A DNA stretch of 52,848 nt from Pseudomonadota bacterium (GTDB taxonomy: Bacteria; Pseudomonadota; Gammaproteobacteria; Burkholderiales; Methylophilaceae), in assembly GCA_040387535.1 (NCBI GenBank), contig JAZKDM010000007.1, positions 32,956-85,803 on the forward strand. Direction: 5' to 3'. The notes beneath the pieces are model-generated. The model saw only the letters and a list, made by a program, of their open reading frames with translations. It was not told the origin of the DNA and made no database searches. The position numbers were made by a program, and so were the translations under genes. Shown in pieces: positions 48,355-52,848 of the stretch. Within the stretch, counting starts at the first letter, position 1. Every line of letters begins with the position of its first letter.

Positions 48355-49551
48355 TTATACAATTAGCGTATTCGCCAGTTGCTTTAAACCTAACTCTTTT
48401 AGCAAAAAACGGCTGGGATTCAGCTTGCTGGCCAAGTTTTTTTCAACAATCAGCGGCTCATTACTGATTAAATTAGCAATTAATTCGGCACAAATTGGCG
48501 CTGTAATCATGCCTTTAGAGCCATGCCCAGCATTTACATACAAGCCATCCAACCAAGGCAAATCGGCAGAGCTGGCGTTGTAGCGGGGCGGTTTGGCGCA
48601 CAATGCTTTTTCATTCAACATTTGCCCTGCAAGCGGCAAATAATCTTGTGTATGGCTACGCCATGCCACGCGGCCTTGTGGCTGCTGTGGCTGAATACTG
48701 TTAAAAATGGCAGGTGAAATTTTTTGCAAAGCGCGCCAATTTTCTAAATTATCTGCCTCACTCAAATCAGGGTTCATATCATCAGGCGCATAAGTCGCGC
48801 CAATTGAATGTAGACCATCCACTGCTGGGCTTAAATAATGCGTGCTACAAACAATCGTTTTAATTGGCTGGCTGGCAGGTGTGGGTGCGAAAAAATTCAC
48901 TTGGCCGCGCACTGGTGTGCTGACAGCGCTGGCACATAAGCTAAAGTGCTGTACCTGACTAGCATTGCATAAGACGACTATATCTGCCTGCAAAATAGAA
49001 TCGCTACATTTGACTTGCCATAACGCACCAGCTTTTTGAATATCTAGCACTCGCGCTTGCAAAATTTTGTTGATGCCAGGCATATTTGCCAATGCCATGC
49101 AAAATGTCTGCGGCTTAACCCAACCTGCTTGCGACAAGAATAAACCACCTATTTTTAGTGGAATACCTGCTATTTCACTGGCAGCTTGCGCATCTAATGC
49201 CTGAAAAAACGCCGTTTCTTGCTGAGCCAATAATAGGCTTTGTCTTGCTTGTTCACGTGCGTCATAAGCTAGCTGAATCTGCCCGCAAGCATCAAAGAAT
49301 TCGGCATTGTTTGGTAATTGCTTGATTAAATCTAGCGTAAACGCAAAGCCTTGCAGCGCCAAAGTGCTTTGTGCATTGGGCTTGGTGCTCAATTTGGGAT
49401 ACAAAGTGGCAATTGGGTTGCCAGATGCCTCTGCTGCAAGTTGCTTATGCTGCTCAATCAAAGTGACTGCAATACCACGTTTAGCCAGTGCATAAGCGGT
49501 ACTGCAGCCAGCAATGCCGCCGCCAATCACAATGGCTGTTTTAGCCGTCAC
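48355..49551 (-). CDS. mnmC: FAD-dependent cmnm5s2U34 oxidoreductase (MnmC C-terminal part)
   Basis: VIGGGIAG, AAEASGNP, PVRGQV, GHGSKG; GTG start overlaps the mnmD stop (TAGTG). Confidence 0.9.
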   Translation of the reverse strand: MTAKTAIVIGGGIAGCSTAYALAKRGIAVTLIEQHKQLAAEASGNPIATLYPKLSTKPNAQSTLALQGFAFTLDLIKQLPNNAEFFDACGQIQLAYDAREQARQSLLLAQQETAFFQALDAQAASEIAGIPLKIGGLFLSQAGWVKPQTFCMALANMPGINKILQARVLDIQKAGALWQVKCSDSILQADIVVLCNASQVQHFSLCASAVSTPVRGQVNFFAPTPASQPIKTIVCSTHYLSPAVDGLHSIGATYAPDDMNPDLSEADNLENWRALQKISPAIFNSIQPQQPQGRVAWRSHTQDYLPLAGQMLNEKALCAKPPRYNASSADLPWLDGLYVNAGHGSKGMITAPICAELIANLISNEPLIVEKNLASKLNPSRFLLKELGLKQLANTLIV

Positions 49552-50270
49552 TATGCTTTACTTTCATTTATAAAGCGACCATTCAGCATTTCACGCTTTT
49601 TACCAAAACCTGTTTGCTTGTTAACCTGAAAACCAGATGTTTGTAGACCGCGCCTAACCATGCCTGCGCTGGTAAAAGTGGCAAAAGTTGTGCTGTTTGT
49701 AGAAAGTCTTGCCATTTGCGCAAACAAAGCGGGCTGCCACATATCCGGGTTTTTAGCAGGTGAAAAGCCATCTAAAAACCATGCGTCGGCTGAGGTGGTT
49801 GTTATGCTTAAGGTGTCTGTTGCATCGCCAATCAATAATCTTAATCGCACGCGATCATCAAATAATTGAATGCTTTGTTTATGCGCCGCTTCATATTGCG
49901 CCAAAAGTGGCTGGCTTAAGTGATTCAGTTCAGGCCAAGCTTGCAATGCCGCTGTCATATCTTGCAGGGAAAGAGGATATTTTTCTGTACTGATAAAATG
50001 CAAAAGCGCATTTTGTGGTGCTATTTGCAGCCATAGTTGTGCTGCACATAAAAAATTCAAGCCTGTGCCAAATCCCGTTTCAATGATGGTAAAACTATTG
50101 CTTGAAAGCATCTGCCAGCGCTGCTTTAAGTGATTACCTTGCAAAAAAACGTAATCAGTTTCTAGCAAGCCGTTATCGCTAGAGTAATAGACATCATTAA
50201 AAATAGTGGAGTAGGGCTGTGGCTGACCTTGTTGATTTAAACGGCGCCATTCGATGATGGGGTTTTGCAT
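49551..50270 (-). CDS. mnmD: tRNA mnm5s2U34 methyltransferase (MnmC N-terminal part)
   Basis: FNDVYYS, ETGFGTGLNF, DAWFLDGFSPAKNPDMW, GFGKKREML. Confidence 0.92.
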   Translation of the reverse strand: MQNPIIEWRRLNQQGQPQPYSTIFNDVYYSSDNGLLETDYVFLQGNHLKQRWQMLSSNSFTIIETGFGTGLNFLCAAQLWLQIAPQNALLHFISTEKYPLSLQDMTAALQAWPELNHLSQPLLAQYEAAHKQSIQLFDDRVRLRLLIGDATDTLSITTTSADAWFLDGFSPAKNPDMWQPALFAQMARLSTNSTTFATFTSAGMVRRGLQTSGFQVNKQTGFGKKREMLNGRFINESKA

Positions 50271-50381
50271 AAATAGAGATTACTCACAAATACAAACCCC
50301 ATTTTAAAACAAATAGCCACAAGCTGTTTAGGCAAATATTAAGTAAATATTAGTTAAGTTCCACTTTATATATGTGCCGCT

Positions 50382-51662
50382 TTATATAAGCGCTTCGCGG
50401 CGATTTTCAGGTTTGGCTAATAATAAATGCACATCGCCCAGTGCGCGCTCTGCAAAGCCGCCTTCGCAATAGCATAAATAGAATTCCCACATTTTGATAA
50501 ACTCTTCTGAATAGCCCAGTTTGCGCACTTCATCGATATGCGTGAAAAAGTTTTCGCGCCAAGCCGCTAGCGTGGTTGCGTAGTGCGGGCCAATATCTTC
50601 ACAATCAAATAGGCGCATATCAGTGGTTTTGGTGATGCTATTCAGCATGGCAGTATTTGATGGAATGCATGAACCAGGGAAAATATAACGTTGAATAAAA
50701 TCCACACTGTTTTTGGCAGATTCAAAGCGTTGATCGGCAATGGTGATGGCTTGAATCAATGCTAAACCATCTGGTTTGAGCAAACTACCAACTTTAGCAA
50801 AATAGGTATCGTAGTATTGATGCCCAACCGCTTCAACCATTTCAATTGAAACTAGTTTGTCAAATTGTCCTTGTAAGTCCCTGTAATCATTTAATAAAAC
50901 TGACACTACAGAATCTAAATTGGCGTCTTTTACACGCTCTACAGCCAGTGCATATTGCTGTTTTGAGATGGTCGTTGTGGTTACTTTACAGCCATAATGC
51001 CTAGCCGCATAAATCGCAAAACCACCCCAGCCAGTACCGATTTCCACTACATGGTCAGTGGTTTTTAAATCTAATTTATCGCAAATTACTTTTAGTTTTT
51101 TAAGTGAAGCGGCCTCTAAACTACTATCAGCCGCTTCAAATATGCCAGATGAATACATCATGGTTGGGTCTAGCCATAACTTAAAGAAATCATTGCCCAA
51201 ATCATAATGTGCGGCAATATTCTTGCGGCTGCCTTCAGTGGTATTGCTGTTCAGCCAATGCAATACTTTCATTAGCGGCTTGGTCGCCCATTGATAGCCG
51301 CCTTCCAGCGTATCCATTACCTGTTGATTGACACACATCAGGCGAATCACATTGGTGAGATTATCCGTCGTCCAATAGCCCAGCATATAGGCTTCACCCG
51401 CACCTATGCTGCCGCCAAATGCAATCTCGCCATAAAAGCGCGCATCGTGCACAACAATGGTGGCTTTGATACTATCTGATTGGCCGAAAATATGTTTTTC
51501 TTGGCTATCGATAATGGTCAAGCTGCCAACTTGCAGTTTATCTAAGCGCTTAAGAATCTGCGTTTTAGCAAAATTAGCTACCCACTTTGAACGGCTCTTT
51601 TGTTTAAGCCCTGTTGTTAAGGTTTCTTGTGCTAGCGCGGTGTTGTTAGTCATAGTATTCAT
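50382..51662 (-). CDS. Cyclopropane-fatty-acyl-phospholipid synthase family SAM methyltransferase
   Basis: NIAAHYDLGNDF, MYSSG, EIGTGWG, SIEMVEAVG, YIFPG, YCEGGF. Confidence 0.92.
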   Translation of the reverse strand: MNTMTNNTALAQETLTTGLKQKSRSKWVANFAKTQILKRLDKLQVGSLTIIDSQEKHIFGQSDSIKATIVVHDARFYGEIAFGGSIGAGEAYMLGYWTTDNLTNVIRLMCVNQQVMDTLEGGYQWATKPLMKVLHWLNSNTTEGSRKNIAAHYDLGNDFFKLWLDPTMMYSSGIFEAADSSLEAASLKKLKVICDKLDLKTTDHVVEIGTGWGGFAIYAARHYGCKVTTTTISKQQYALAVERVKDANLDSVVSVLLNDYRDLQGQFDKLVSIEMVEAVGHQYYDTYFAKVGSLLKPDGLALIQAITIADQRFESAKNSVDFIQRYIFPGSCIPSNTAMLNSITKTTDMRLFDCEDIGPHYATTLAAWRENFFTHIDEVRKLGYSEEFIKMWEFYLCYCEGGFAERALGDVHLLLAKPENRREALI

Positions 51663-51758
51663 TAGGGTTTATACGCTTTTATCTAGATTTTGGATTCAAT
51701 ATGAATGCTTATGATTAAGGACTATTAGCGTGCTACTTTGTTCAATTAGGTTAAATGT

Positions 51759-52523
51759 TTATGGGCTTGGATGAGAATAAAACGGTACACGTTTTAACCA
51801 CAATTTAAGCGCATTCCAATAGATTGCCACCACCACTTTGATGGTCATCAACGGATATTGAATTAAAAGCCAATTTAACGCCGATTCTGTGATTTCTTGG
51901 CGTTGTAAAGCCAATGTCGCTTTAAAAATCTGCTGATTGTTTTGCAGATTTTTCATATGCACAAAAAGTTGACCATCCTCTAACTTAAATGCCCAATCGT
52001 ATTCAATATCCATTGGCATAAAGGGCGAAACATGAAAGTTTTTATGTAGTTTAAAGGCAGTGATTTCACCATTTTTTGTAGATTTTACTAATTTTTCTTT
52101 AGCGTAATCATGCACATAAGCGTAATCCTCACCCCAAGGTGTGTTGGTGATATGGGTAACAATGGCTTGTAGGGTTGTACCATCTGCCTCAAAGCAATAA
52201 TAAAAGCTCACAGGGTTAAAGCAATGCCCAAAATAGCGCATATTAGTGAGCAGTCGAATTGCCCCGCGCGGTGCTTGGCCAGTTGCGGCAACGATTAAAT
52301 CACTGATTTCTGTTTTGAGCGGTTTTGCAGGGTTGCCGTAATAATCGACGCGCTTAAATTGGGCGATATTGGATTGTTCTAGCGACCAGAAGCGCGATTT
52401 ATTAAACAACTGCGGCAATTCGTCTAAATCAAGATACATCATAAAAACGCGATACCGAAAACCATGCACTTTGGGTGAATAGCGCTGATGATCAACCCAA
52501 CCCTTGTAGATGGCGCTGTTCAA
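51759..52523 (-). CDS. DUF1365 family protein
   Basis: [43 protein letters not shown]. Confidence 0.9.
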   Translation of the reverse strand: MNSAIYKGWVDHQRYSPKVHGFRYRVFMMYLDLDELPQLFNKSRFWSLEQSNIAQFKRVDYYGNPAKPLKTEISDLIVAATGQAPRGAIRLLTNMRYFGHCFNPVSFYYCFEADGTTLQAIVTHITNTPWGEDYAYVHDYAKEKLVKSTKNGEITAFKLHKNFHVSPFMPMDIEYDWAFKLEDGQLFVHMKNLQNNQQIFKATLALQRQEITESALNWLLIQYPLMTIKVVVAIYWNALKLWLKRVPFYSHPSP

Positions 52524-52525
52524 CG

Positions 52526-52848
52526 TTAGGTGCTTTTTGTCATGTGCGCTTTAAAGTGTTCCAAAGCGGATAACGCACTGGCAACGCCATCTTCATGAAA
52601 ACCATTTAACCAATAGGCGCCAGCATAGGCGGTCATATTTGGCCCGCTAATTTCAGCATGCCTTGCTTGCGCTGCCACACCAGCTAAAGTGTAAACAGGG
52701 TGCGTGTACTTAAGGCGCTTAATGACTTTTGCTGGATTAATAAAGTCGGTATGGTTTAAAGTCACCAAAATCGGCTCAGGTGATTGAATATTTTGCAAAA
52801 TATTCATATTGTAAGTGACTTGTACTTTATCGCTTGGTTTGGCCGTCA
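52526..52848 (-). CDS. FAD-dependent oxidoreductase, C-terminal fragment (starts beyond the right edge)
   Basis: Frame is open to the window edge ([18 protein letters not shown]...), then [21 protein letters not shown]. Confidence 0.88.
   Translation of the reverse strand, partial: TAKPSDKVQVTYNMNILQNIQSPEPILVTLNHTDFINPAKVIKRLKYTHPVYTLAGVAAQARHAEISGPNMTAYAGAYWLNGFHEDGVASALSALEHFKAHMTKST

Noticed and set aside
49540-49560. mnmC as a frameshifted pseudogene
   Set aside because: Both halves are complete domains with a stop/start overlap and no leftover linker.
1-52848. Prophage, IS element, defence island, tRNA or rRNA
   Set aside because: No integrase, transposase, phage or defence motifs and no tRNA/rRNA-like sequence seen; almost all DNA is accounted for by recognisable genes.

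Overview
Gene-dense chromosomal window from a betaproteobacterium. Gene content and order (rsgA-M48-orn, rne-rluC-HAD-Rieske-S49, queG-tsaE-amiC, mutL-miaA, dapC) and the AT-rich composition suggest Methylophilaceae (Methylotenera-like); this is inference. It holds about 47 CDS: RNA metabolism and tRNA modification genes, a glycogen cluster (glgA; pgi-glgB/glgC-GH57-malQ-ROK kinase), a molybdate ABC operon, a NemR-type detoxification unit, a SUV3-like helicase, a K+ channel, a GT41 glycosyltransferase and part of a cfa/DUF1365/FAD-oxidoreductase lipid cluster. I saw no tRNA, rRNA, CRISPR array, integrase or transposase. The best candidate for something undescribed is a ~66-nt small RNA between orn and glgA (minus strand, ~5411-5346). 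It has a correctly spaced sigma-54 promoter, two exposed anti-Shine-Dalgarno CUCC motifs and an intrinsic terminator. Second is an AlgE-family outer-membrane barrel that heads the modABC operon directly behind a near-perfect ModE box, a candidate molybdate porin. All family calls come from motif recognition by eye, not from database searches.
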